A model generated the notes under the pieces. The model saw only the letters and a program-made list of their open reading frames with translations. It searched no databases and was not told where the DNA came from. Positions 49,438-58,250 of a stretch of 64,000 bases of DNA are shown piece after piece; position 1 is the first letter of the stretch; each line of letters starts with the position of its first letter. Made by a program: the position numbers and the translations under genes. The stretch is taken from positions 99,377 through 163,376 of the forward strand of contig CAXGSM010000001.1 in assembly GCA_964012435.1 (NCBI GenBank), read 5' to 3'. The stretch comes from an uncultured bacterium (GTDB taxonomy: Bacteria; UBP7; UBA6624).

Positions 49438-50214
49438 ATGAAGCTTTTTCAAATTGCTACACATCTTGATAATCTTTTAGCAAAAGATAAATTTAATGAT
49501 GGATGCCTGAATGGCATTCAGGTATTTGGAAAACCAGATGTAAAAAAGATTTTAACGGGGGTTTCAATATCTAAAGAGTTGATAGAGAAAGCTATTGAAA
49601 AAAAGTGTGACTCCATTATTGTCCACCATGGGATGTTTTGGGGAGAAAGAAGCTATCCTTTAAATCTTATAAACAGGGAAAGACTCAAGCTTCTTGCCGA
49701 TAAAAATATTTCCTTAATTGCATACCACCTTCCGCTTGATGCACATAGGGATATTGGAAATAATCATCCTGTTTGCAGGGATTACTGCTGTCATGAATCT
49801 GGATTTGATGGAAAGAATATTAAAGACTTTGGATCAATGGGTGATTTTTCAATTGGTGCAAGTTTTGAATTGAACAATAGCTTAGATGTTAAATTCTTGA
49901 AAAAACAAACAGAACTTTATTACGAACATGACGTTATTCATTTGAAGTGCCAAAAAAAGAAGATAAAAAAAATAGCGATTGTCTCTGGGGCAGGTGCTAA
50001 TTTCCTTAAGGAAGCTGCAGCAGAAAATATTGACCTTTTGATAACTGGAGAGGCTGAAGAGTGGTCAATGCATGAAGCAATCGAATTCAATGTGAATGTT
50101 TTTGCTTGTGGGCATTATGCAACTGAAAGAGTCGGAATACAAATGTTAACCAAATATTTAAATGAAAAGTTGAACATTAAATCTATTTTTTTTGATATAC
50201 CTAACCCTGTATGA
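49438..50214 (+). CDS. Nif3-like dinuclear metal-centre protein (YbgI family)
   Basis: NG.QV.G, VHHG.FW, YHLPLDAH...GNN, SGAG, ITGE, GHYATE. Confidence 0.96.
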   Translation: MKLFQIATHLDNLLAKDKFNDGCLNGIQVFGKPDVKKILTGVSISKELIEKAIEKKCDSIIVHHGMFWGERSYPLNLINRERLKLLADKNISLIAYHLPLDAHRDIGNNHPVCRDYCCHESGFDGKNIKDFGSMGDFSIGASFELNNSLDVKFLKKQTELYYEHDVIHLKCQKKKIKKIAIVSGAGANFLKEAAAENIDLLITGEAEEWSMHEAIEFNVNVFACGHYATERVGIQMLTKYLNEKLNIKSIFFDIPNPV

Positions 50215-50221
50215 TTAAAAG

Positions 50222-50614
50222 ATGAGTGATTTTCAAGAAAAAAAATATAGCATAAAGGAAGCTGAAAAGTTGATTCCGGTTTTGAAAAAGGATTTTAAGA
50301 AAATCGTTGAGCTTAAAAAAAAGTTAGATGATATTGGGTTTGACATTGTTTATGGAACTTTTCGAGAAGGCTGTTCCCCTAATGGGACAGGCTCATTACC
50401 TCAGGATTTTTTAGACTTCTGCGCTATTATCGAGAATAATTTCCATAAAGTTGGGATACTCTTAAGATCTCTTGATGAAGGGATTGTTGACTTTCCTGCT
50501 AAAAGAGGAAAAGAAGATGTTTTTATAACTTGGATCTATCCTGATGCAAAGATTAATTATTGGTACTTCCCTGAAGAAGGATACCAAGAAAAGAAATCAA
50601 TAGTTGATTTTTGA
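50222..50614 (+). CDS. DUF2203-family protein
   Basis: YS..EA..L.P, G....LDEG.VDFP......W......I.YW....GY pattern. Confidence 0.8.
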   Translation: MSDFQEKKYSIKEAEKLIPVLKKDFKKIVELKKKLDDIGFDIVYGTFREGCSPNGTGSLPQDFLDFCAIIENNFHKVGILLRSLDEGIVDFPAKRGKEDVFITWIYPDAKINYWYFPEEGYQEKKSIVDF

Positions 50615-50636
50615 TTCCTTCAATTACAATTACATC

Positions 50637-50695
50637 GTGCGGACAAGGCGCGACCGGCAAGGCCCTCGGCCAGCCGGTTTTGTCCGCACTTTTTT
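50637..50695 (+). ncRNA. GC-rich three-stem hairpin plus T-tract: terminator, attenuator or small RNA of unknown class
   Basis: GTGCGGACAA/TTGTCCGCAC, ACCGGC/GCCGGT and GGCC/GGCC nested stems followed by T6; TACAAT at 50625-50630. Confidence 0.55.
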
Positions 50696-50698
50696 ATT

Positions 50699-51526
50699 AT
50701 GACAGGATATCCTCTAAGCTCTTACAAAGGTGAAAAAATTAATGTTTCGGTAGGAAACGTATCTTTTTTGCAGGATTCTTTTACTGTTATTGCGGGTCCT
50801 TGTTCTGTTGAAAGCGAAGAACAAATACTAAAGACAGCAGAAACCGTCTCAATGCTTGGGGCTTCAATTTTAAGAGGTGGTACCTATAAGTATAGAAAAA
50901 GTCCTTATACTTTTTCTGGCTTAGAGGAAAGGGGTGTTGAGTATTTAAAAAAAGCTTCAATGAAAGCTTCTTTACCGAGTGTTACTGAAGTCATGTCGAT
51001 TGATAAAGTTTCTTATTTGTCTAAAAATATAGATATGTTACAGATCGGTAGCAGAAACATGCATAACACACCGCTTTTAAAAGAGATTGGAAGAACGAAA
51101 GTGCCTGTGATCTTGAAGCGTGGGTATATGGCAACCATAGAAGAAACCCTTCTTGCAGCGGAGCATATCGCAAAAGAAGGCAATCAGAATATAGTTCTGT
51201 GTGAAAGAGGGATAAGGTGTTTCGATGATTCTTTGAGGTTTACTTTAGATTTAGCGGGAGCTATCCTGCTTAAGGAAAATTCAAAATTTCCTGTGATAAT
51301 AGATCCATCTCATGCTACAGGTAAAACAAACCTTGTAAAACCATTATGCCTAGCAGCATCTGCAGCTGGACTTAATGGCGTGATGGTTGAAGTTCACCCT
51401 GAGCCAAGAAAAGCTTTGTCTGACTCTGATCAAAGTTTAACATTTGATGAGTTTGCTGATTTGATGGATTCTTTATCCATTTTTACAAAAAATAAAAATA
51501 AAATAACTAAAAGTGTCGGGGACTAG
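50699..51526 (+). CDS. aroF: DAHP synthase, type I-beta, no regulatory domain
   Basis: IAGPCSVE, QIG.RNM.N, LKRG, CERGIR, DPSH, EVH, ALSD. Confidence 0.9.
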   Translation: MTGYPLSSYKGEKINVSVGNVSFLQDSFTVIAGPCSVESEEQILKTAETVSMLGASILRGGTYKYRKSPYTFSGLEERGVEYLKKASMKASLPSVTEVMSIDKVSYLSKNIDMLQIGSRNMHNTPLLKEIGRTKVPVILKRGYMATIEETLLAAEHIAKEGNQNIVLCERGIRCFDDSLRFTLDLAGAILLKENSKFPVIIDPSHATGKTNLVKPLCLAASAAGLNGVMVEVHPEPRKALSDSDQSLTFDEFADLMDSLSIFTKNKNKITKSVGD

Positions 51527-51593
51527 CGCAGCCTGGTAGCGCGACTGTTTTGGGAACAGTAGGTCGTGGGTTCGAATCCCGCGTCCCCGACCA
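51517..51593 (+). tRNA. tRNA-Pro (anticodon UGG)
   Basis: CGGGGAC/GTCCCCG acceptor stem, ACTGT-TTTGGGA-ACAGT anticodon arm, GTTCGAATC T-loop, encoded CCA. Confidence 0.98.
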
Positions 51594-51601
51594 CCCTATT
51601 T

Positions 51602-52084
51602 TTATTGTTTTTCAGAATAGTTGATTTTTTGAATTTGTTCTTTTGTGAGCATCCCATGTAGCCATGTTTCAAAATCTGCTTTATGTTTTTTGTAAAAATT
51701 TATCGCAGGCTCATTCCAGTCTAAAACCTGCCAAGTCATCGCATTTAAGTTTAATTTTTTGCATATAGCAATTGTTTCTTTGAAAAGTAAGCTCCCTACT
51801 CCCTTATTTCTGTAATTCTCAGTTACGACAAAATCTTCTAAGTGCAAAACTTTTCCTTTCCATGTTGAATAGCGTATGAAGTAAAAAGATAACCCGATAA
51901 TCACTCCTTCATGTTGAGCAACTAAAAATTTGTAGTATGGATGATTGCCAAAGCCATCATTTTCCAAATCTTGCAATGTGATAGTTACTTCTTCAAGTGA
52001 TTTTTCATAATCTGCTAATTCTTTTATTAATTTCAAAACAGATGGTAGATCTTTTTTTACGCCTTGCCTGATTGTTATTTTCAT
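51602..52084 (-). CDS. GNAT-family N-acetyltransferase (spermidine/diamine acetyltransferase-like)
   Basis: LIKELA.YEK, YSTW.G..L.LED..V...YR..G.G, WQVLDWN.PAI.FY. Confidence 0.93.
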   Translation of the reverse strand: MKITIRQGVKKDLPSVLKLIKELADYEKSLEEVTITLQDLENDGFGNHPYYKFLVAQHEGVIIGLSFYFIRYSTWKGKVLHLEDFVVTENYRNKGVGSLLFKETIAICKKLNLNAMTWQVLDWNEPAINFYKKHKADFETWLHGMLTKEQIQKINYSEKQ

Positions 52085-52095
52085 ATTGGTATTTA

Positions 52096-52172
52096 TGGTG
52101 GGCCATCGTGGACTTGAACCACGGACCTCGCCCTTATCAGGGGCGCGCTCTAGCCAGCTGAGCTAATGGCCC
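52096..52172 (-). tRNA. tRNA-Ile (anticodon GAU)
   Basis: Minus strand GGGCCAT...CGCCC-CTGATAA-GGGCG...GGTTCAAGTCC...ATGGCCC-ACCA. Confidence 0.98.
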
Positions 52173-52189
52173 AATATCAGCTTATTTTA

Positions 52190-53191
52190 TTATTTAAAAC
52201 AATAAAACGGAGTTTGTTCAGCTGCTATTTCAAATTTTTGATGCTTTCCATCTTCAACAAGTGCATTTCCATTCACACAGCCATCAATAAATTTTCCATG
52301 CATCTTTTGACCTTTTGAATTTATCCAAAATATTTTTCTTCCTTTATCAATCAGCAAATTATTCCAAGACTGAAAAACATTATTGGAATTGTTTATGGCT
52401 TCAATTTTTTGTTCTAATGATTTAAGCCATTTTTTTAAAATGAATGCTCTTGGGTTTTTCCAGCTTGAATCCAACAACCCCTCTCTCTCCATGGTTGTAG
52501 CATCTTTTATGCTTGCTGGAATTGTTTCTTGGTTTCCAAAAACATTTAAACCAAGACTTAATATTGCATATTTTTCTTCACCTTTAATATTTAAGCTCAA
52601 CAAGGTCCCGCCTATTTTTTTATCATTGTAAACAATGTCATTTGGCCAAGATATTTTTGAGTTACTGATCTCTGCTGCAGATAAAGATGTTGCTATAGGC
52701 AACATATTTAAATTTGAATTTTTTATATTGCTGACATTTAAAATTACGCTTGCAAGTATGCCTTTTCCCAATTTGGAAAACCACTTTCTACCAGTTCTTC
52801 CTCTGCCTGAAGATTGATATTCAGCTAAAACTAAAGCTTTTTCAATAGTTTTTGTTTTAATTAATCTGCTTGCATAATCATGTGTTGAGTTAACGGTTGT
52901 GAAATAATGATAATTTTTCACAAAATCCTTTGGACAAAGATCAAAAAAATCCATAGGAGTTAATCTTGATTTTGATTTGAATGTCTGAATATATTTGGCT
53001 TGTTTTATCGTTGATTTAAATCCTAATTTTTCAAAATATTCAAGACTTTTGTAAAAATTTGATTTTGAAATTCCTCGCTTGTTTAGGACCTCATCAAGCT
53101 CCAAAAAGCCATCTTCTGACCCGAAAACTTGCTGAAAAAGAAGTTTATCCTCTTCGGTAACTTCATAATCGCGTACTTGATCAAAAATCAC
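52190..53191 (-). CDS. birA: Biotin--protein ligase with degenerate N-terminal HTH
   Basis: V.ST, AE.Q..GRGR.GRKW.S, WPND, KK..G.L, G.N. Confidence 0.93.
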   Translation of the reverse strand: MIFDQVRDYEVTEEDKLLFQQVFGSEDGFLELDEVLNKRGISKSNFYKSLEYFEKLGFKSTIKQAKYIQTFKSKSRLTPMDFFDLCPKDFVKNYHYFTTVNSTHDYASRLIKTKTIEKALVLAEYQSSGRGRTGRKWFSKLGKGILASVILNVSNIKNSNLNMLPIATSLSAAEISNSKISWPNDIVYNDKKIGGTLLSLNIKGEEKYAILSLGLNVFGNQETIPASIKDATTMEREGLLDSSWKNPRAFILKKWLKSLEQKIEAINNSNNVFQSWNNLLIDKGRKIFWINSKGQKMHGKFIDGCVNGNALVEDGKHQKFEIAAEQTPFYCFK

Positions 53192-53607
53192 AATTTTTTT
53201 TCATAGAGGTTCAAAAAAGCAAGAGCTGCTTCAGATCCCTTGTTGCCTTTCTTCCCTCCGGCCCGCTCTTTTGCCTGCTCGATATTCTTTGTTGTCAATA
53301 TCCCCATACTTATTAGGGCTCCATAATGAACTTGAAGACTAGCTAGTCCATTAAATATTGAGTTACAGAGGAAATCGTAATGGTCAGTTTCCCCTTTCAC
53401 TATCGCTCCAATTGTTATTATGGCAATATCTTCAGGAAAGCTTGCGTCTTTCAGGATTTTCGAAGCAAGGGAAAGTATTTCCCAGGATCCAGAAACTTCA
53501 AGGTGGCTAAATTTTAAGTTTTTTGAGTCAAGAACGCTTTTTGCACCTTGGAAAAGAGAATCGGTGATGTCTTTGTTGAAGCTTGATTGAATGATTACTA
53601 TTTTCAT
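53188..53607 (-). CDS. ribH: Lumazine synthase
   Basis: S.FN..I, V.G..EI, G..VKGET.H.D, GILT....EQA..R, NKG.EAA. Confidence 0.95.
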   Translation of the reverse strand: MKIVIIQSSFNKDITDSLFQGAKSVLDSKNLKFSHLEVSGSWEILSLASKILKDASFPEDIAIITIGAIVKGETDHYDFLCNSIFNGLASLQVHYGALISMGILTTKNIEQAKERAGGKKGNKGSEAALAFLNLYEKKL

Positions 53608-54644
53608 ATTTTTATTTCTTTTGTCGACTCTATTTGTAAATCAAAACCCTCTAATGCAATGATGTTTCTCTTGTTGTTTGTAATTATTTTCATCTCTCCA
53701 ACACCACATGCTTTAAGTATCTGCGCACCTATTCCATAGGATCTAAAATCCATCTCATTTTCTTCTTTCGATTGGTTTGTATTTGAGCCAAGAAGAACAA
53801 GAATCCCCCTTTCCGCATTGCATATCATTTCCATTGCTAGATTCAATCTTTTTTCAGAATTTGAACTAATATCCTTTTCTGAATGAACCCTTACAAGCGT
53901 TTCTTTTTCGCTTGAAATATCTCCTTTCACAAATGCAAAATGTGTTTCATTTGTATTTTTAGATTTAAAAATAAACATTTGCATATTGTTTTGATCAGGC
54001 AATTTAATTTTATTTTTAAGGAATATATTTGGTCTTTTTTTCAACAGGTAGGAAATTAAATCAGCTATTGTGATTAAGGGTATATTGTGTTTTTTTGCGA
54101 ACTTCTTAAGAGAGGGCATTCTCATCATCTCGCCATCGTCTTCAAGTATCTCACATATAACACCTGCTTTTGGTAAGCCTGCAAGCTCACAAAGGTCTAT
54201 AGATGCCTCGGTGTGCCCTGCCCTTGAGAGTACACCACCGTCTCTAGCTCTTAGTGGGAATATATGACCTGGTTGCCTAAAGTCATTTGGGCCTTTTAAA
54301 GGGTCGATTAGTTGCATGATCGTTTTTGACCTTTCAAAAGAACTTATTCCAGTAGTTATCCCTTCTATCGCATCAACAGAAACGGTAAATGCTGTCCCAT
54401 GAGGGTCCATATTGTTTCTTGTCATGGCGGCTAACCCTAATTGATCAAGCCTTTCTCCAGTCATAGGAACACATATAAGGCCTCTTGCCTCTTTTGTCAT
54501 GAAGTTTATGTTTTTTGGACTTGCATGTATTGCTGCACATATAAGGTCGCCTTCATTCTCTCTATCTTCACTGTCTGCAACAACTACCATGCCTCCACTC
54601 TGAAGCATCTTTATCGCTTGTTCAATACTTTTCATCGTTACCAT
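53604..54644 (-). CDS. ribB: DHBP synthase fused to a degenerate GTP cyclohydrolase II domain (RibBX type)
   Basis: Intact RibB motifs DRENEGD, GL.C, AFTVSVD, PGH.FPL, RAGHTE; C-terminal VRVHSE..YGIGAQIL..TNN lacks the zinc-binding Cys residues. Confidence 0.93.
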   Translation of the reverse strand: MVTMKSIEQAIKMLQSGGMVVVADSEDRENEGDLICAAIHASPKNINFMTKEARGLICVPMTGERLDQLGLAAMTRNNMDPHGTAFTVSVDAIEGITTGISSFERSKTIMQLIDPLKGPNDFRQPGHIFPLRARDGGVLSRAGHTEASIDLCELAGLPKAGVICEILEDDGEMMRMPSLKKFAKKHNIPLITIADLISYLLKKRPNIFLKNKIKLPDQNNMQMFIFKSKNTNETHFAFVKGDISSEKETLVRVHSEKDISSNSEKRLNLAMEMICNAERGILVLLGSNTNQSKEENEMDFRSYGIGAQILKACGVGEMKIITNNKRNIIALEGFDLQIESTKEIKI

Positions 54645-55219
54645 TTTCCTAATGAGTATCTGGAAATTACGTCAATTTCTAAATTGACAAAATCTCCAGC
54701 TGACATAGATTCTATATTTGTTCTTTTCAGGGTTTCCTCAATTAGGTAAATTTTTATTTTTTGTTTCTTTTTCTCAGCAATGGTTAAACTTATTCCAGAA
54801 ACTGAAATACTTCCTTTTTCTGAAATGAAACAATCTAAATTTTCAGGATATTCAATTGTCCAAATTGAACTTAATTTATCGATTTTTTCAATTTTAGAAA
54901 TAGTTCCAATACCATCCACATGACCTAAAACTATATGGCCACCCATAGCTTCACCTAACTTTAAAGCTCTCTCCCAGTTTATTACTTTTCCTTTGCACTT
55001 ATTGTCAAAAGCTGTTTTTAGAATCGTTTCTTTAGAAAGGTTGAAAGATGCAGTATTATTTTTGTATTGATTTAAGGTCAAACACACTCCATCAATTGCA
55101 ATAGATTCTCCAATTTCTGGGTCTTGGAACCCGTTAAGCTCAACATGAAGAATAATAGATTCTCCAATCGCTTCGACCTCTTTGATTAATCCTTTGTCTT
55201 TAATTATTCCTGTGAACAT
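54638..55219 (-). CDS. ribE: Riboflavin synthase
   Basis: MFTGII, SIA.DGVCLT, N.ER, GGH.V.GHVD, KGSI...G.SLT, VNLE.D. Confidence 0.97.
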   Translation of the reverse strand: MFTGIIKDKGLIKEVEAIGESIILHVELNGFQDPEIGESIAIDGVCLTLNQYKNNTASFNLSKETILKTAFDNKCKGKVINWERALKLGEAMGGHIVLGHVDGIGTISKIEKIDKLSSIWTIEYPENLDCFISEKGSISVSGISLTIAEKKKQKIKIYLIEETLKRTNIESMSAGDFVNLEIDVISRYSLGKW

Positions 55220-56252
55220 TTGTTAAGTATCCTTCTACCTTTACATCTTCGCCAATTTTTGTAATCCCAACATCGGAAAGCTTTCTTGAATCTGATAAAG
55301 TTTTCCATTCAGCGGGAGAGAAACCCAATCCTTTAGACCCTATTAATTTTGGAGAAATATAAGTCACTATTTTATCTGCAAGATTGTCTTTAATTAATTC
55401 TGAAGAGAGTTTCCCTCCTTCGCATAAAACAGATTGAACTCCATCCTTTCTCAAAAGTTCCAAAAGGTTTTTTAAATTTTTTGCTTCTAGGTATTTAATT
55501 TTTTTGTTTAATTTATTTTTTGCCCCACCCCAAATGTAAATTTTTCCATTTTTGAACATTCTGGAGCTTTCTTTTACCTTGTTTTTTCTATCTATCAGAA
55601 TTTTTTTCCAGCTTTCAGGTCTTAAACTTCTATTCAAAACAGGATTATCTTTAGATGCGGTTCCTGACCCAACAAGAATGGCATCGTATCTGTTTCTCAT
55701 TTTTTTGCCGTCAGATCTTGATTTTTTAGAGGTTATCCATTGTGAGGTCCCATCACAAGCAGCTACCTTTCCATCTAGGGATATCGCAACCTTGATGGTT
55801 ACTGAGGCTCTATTTTTTTTAATTCCAGTTAGGTAGCTATAGTTCAATAACCTTGATTCATGCTCAAGGCAGCCTTGATGGACTTTTATTCCAGCCTGCT
55901 TAAGTTTTTTTAAACCTTGCCCATTAACTTCTTTGTTTGGGTCTTTCATTCCGATGAAAACCGTTTTGACTTTTCTTTTTATTATCTCATCGACGCATGG
56001 AGGTGTTTTTCCATGGTGGCAGCATGGTTCAAGGTTGACATAAAGTGTTAACCCTTGTTCTTTTGTTTTGTTTAAAGCGTCTATTTCAGCATGTTTTTTA
56101 CCATATGATGAATGGTAGCCCTTCGCAATAATTTCATTATTTTTAACCAAAACGCAACCAACAAGGGGGTTTGTTTTTGTTCTGCCTTTACCTTTTTTGG
56201 CAATCCTTATTGCCTCAAGCATGAATTCTTTATCTTTTTTTTGAAATTCCAA
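55200..56252 (-). CDS. ribD: Bifunctional riboflavin deaminase/reductase
   Basis: NP.VGC, HAE, LEPC.H.GKTPPC, SLDG, S.WIT, D.P.L, EGG. Confidence 0.97.
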   Translation of the reverse strand: MEFQKKDKEFMLEAIRIAKKGKGRTKTNPLVGCVLVKNNEIIAKGYHSSYGKKHAEIDALNKTKEQGLTLYVNLEPCCHHGKTPPCVDEIIKRKVKTVFIGMKDPNKEVNGQGLKKLKQAGIKVHQGCLEHESRLLNYSYLTGIKKNRASVTIKVAISLDGKVAACDGTSQWITSKKSRSDGKKMRNRYDAILVGSGTASKDNPVLNRSLRPESWKKILIDRKNKVKESSRMFKNGKIYIWGGAKNKLNKKIKYLEAKNLKNLLELLRKDGVQSVLCEGGKLSSELIKDNLADKIVTYISPKLIGSKGLGFSPAEWKTLSDSRKLSDVGITKIGEDVKVEGYLTNVHRNN

Positions 56253-56255
56253 TTT

Positions 56256-58238
56256 TTAAATCCCGCTTTTTTTAAGCTCCTCTTTAAAGAGTTCAAATGC
56301 TTGGTTTATCTCAGAATCTTTATAGGATTTTTTACCACTTCCAATAATTAATCTCCATGTTAGGTTCCAGTTTTCCTTTTTTTTGTAAACATCAAATAAG
56401 TAAATTTCATGAATTAAATCTATTTGAATTTTTGAAATAACTGAGGTTAATTTTTTAATCTCACTTGAACTTTTTGTATTGATTGTTAGATCCCTGTATG
56501 AAAATTTATGGCTTGGTAAGGCTCTTGCTTGTTGTTTTGGCATTGGCCACAACACTTTCAATTCAAGTTCACAAGACCACACCAGCTCTTTTTTGCTGCC
56601 TATCTCTATCTCAAAAGCTCCCAATAGGCCTTGAAATATTTTTGTTTCTATCTTTAATGCAGAAGAGTCCAAAAAGTAATCATCCTCTATATCGAAATAA
56701 AAAACTTCAGTGTTCCATTTTTGAGCAATGTTTTCAAGTATTGTTTTGACAAACCTTGCCCCACCTTCTTCCTCAGGAACGAGTAACCCTAAGTGTAATT
56801 TTTCCCCACTTTTGCTAAAAACTTTTCCAACTTCAAAGCTCCAATTAGATTGAAAATCTTTTTTCCTTGAATCTTCATGGCCTTTTAGCAAGCATGCTGA
56901 TATTGAGTTCCTAAGAAAGGCTTTTTCTTTAGATCGGGGATTTAATATTTTTACTGGTTTCTTTTTTAGAGCTGACGTTCCAAGCAGTGTTAGTTCTTCA
57001 GAGACAAGGCTTGATCTAATTTCCTGCCTGCCTCCAAATGACAAAAGAGCATCTATAAGAAATTCTTCTAATTGAAAAATATCATCAATTTTTGAAGTTT
57101 TAATTTCAATTTTTGGAAGTGTCTCCTTGAGGTCTGTATACCCATAAACCCTTATAACTTCTTCAACAAGGTCTTCAGGGATAGATAAATCAGTTCTATA
57201 GGATGGGACAAGCCATTCACCTTTTCTTAAGCCTTTTTTCCTTTTTACTTTCCAAGATTCATTCCACCGACCCTCTCTATCTTTTGAAACCTGTTTGATG
57301 CCCAGGCTATCCAAGATTTGAATCACTCTTTCTTCCGGTATATTCATTCCTAGCCTTTTGTTGATCTCAGAAGCTTTAATCGTTATTAAATGATCTTCTA
57401 GACTTTCTTCAATCAGGCTTGCAGAATGAATTTCATTTGTCCAACCTAAATGATCAAGCCACCATAGGTATCTTTTTGCAGCCAAAAGAAAGCCTCTTGG
57501 ATCAACTATTCTTTGAAACCTGTAGGACGAATCTGTTGAAAGGTTTAATCTGTTTGCAGTTTGTCTTGTCGAAGAGTTTTTGAAACAAGCAGCTTCTAAT
57601 AAAAATTCAGAATCCGAAACCTCAGAAGAGCCTTTTTTCGAACCGATTATTCCAGCGAGAGCTAAAGGTTCATTTGAGCTATTCTGAACAAGAAGATCTC
57701 CAGCTTCAACCTTATAGACTTTTTCATCAAGGGCATTAAATTTAATTTTCTTTTTAGCCCCTGTAATCTTTACCCCATCATTCATTACATTAAATGGAAA
57801 CAGATGTAAAGGTTGCCCTATTTCAAACAATACATAATTTGTTAAATCAACAAGAGGGTTTATAGGATTCCTCCCCATAAGCTTAAGCATTTTTTCAATA
57901 TGAGCATTTTTTTGAGATTTAATTTTTAGATGTACGCCCAGATAGGATTGACAGTTTTTACTTTCTATTTTTATGGGATATTTATTCTCTATTGGGAAAT
58001 CTTTCAAATTTAATTTGTTTATTTTTAAGTCTTTTGCAGTTGCAAACTCTCTTGCTAAACCATAAATTGAAAGAACATCAGTTCTGTTGCTAGGGGTGCT
58101 TAGATCTAAAACCTTTTCACCGTCTATTTCAAGAATTTCTTCACATTCAAAACCTATTTCCGTAAATATGTCAGCTATTTCCTGTGTTGAATAGCTGCAC
58201 TGTATGAATGTCTTTAACCAGCATATTGGAAGGCGCAT
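56256..58238 (-). CDS. pheT: Phenylalanyl-tRNA synthetase beta subunit, short form
   Basis: NR.D.LS..GLARE, VD.TNYV..E.GQPLH.F, LE.A.F, TDSS.RF.R, P.YR.DL...DL.EEV.R.YGY; 660 aa. Confidence 0.95.
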   Translation of the reverse strand: MRLPICWLKTFIQCSYSTQEIADIFTEIGFECEEILEIDGEKVLDLSTPSNRTDVLSIYGLAREFATAKDLKINKLNLKDFPIENKYPIKIESKNCQSYLGVHLKIKSQKNAHIEKMLKLMGRNPINPLVDLTNYVLFEIGQPLHLFPFNVMNDGVKITGAKKKIKFNALDEKVYKVEAGDLLVQNSSNEPLALAGIIGSKKGSSEVSDSEFLLEAACFKNSSTRQTANRLNLSTDSSYRFQRIVDPRGFLLAAKRYLWWLDHLGWTNEIHSASLIEESLEDHLITIKASEINKRLGMNIPEERVIQILDSLGIKQVSKDREGRWNESWKVKRKKGLRKGEWLVPSYRTDLSIPEDLVEEVIRVYGYTDLKETLPKIEIKTSKIDDIFQLEEFLIDALLSFGGRQEIRSSLVSEELTLLGTSALKKKPVKILNPRSKEKAFLRNSISACLLKGHEDSRKKDFQSNWSFEVGKVFSKSGEKLHLGLLVPEEEGGARFVKTILENIAQKWNTEVFYFDIEDDYFLDSSALKIETKIFQGLLGAFEIEIGSKKELVWSCELELKVLWPMPKQQARALPSHKFSYRDLTINTKSSSEIKKLTSVISKIQIDLIHEIYLFDVYKKKENWNLTWRLIIGSGKKSYKDSEINQAFELFKEELKKSGI

Positions 58239-58250
58239 AAGTTGTTTATT

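Noticed and set aside
49438..50214. Nif3 protein as the missing GTP cyclohydrolase for riboflavin
   Set aside because: The cyclohydrolase label on this family refers to type I and is disputed; nothing in the sequence supports RibA activity
50637..50689. SRP (4.5S) RNA or T-box
   Set aside because: No GNRA tetraloop or CAGG/AGCA symmetric loop, and no T-box UGGNACC motif
51594..52095. Integrated element between the two tRNA 3' ends (GNAT gene)
   Set aside because: No integrase and no duplicated tRNA 3' end seen; a single ordinary gene
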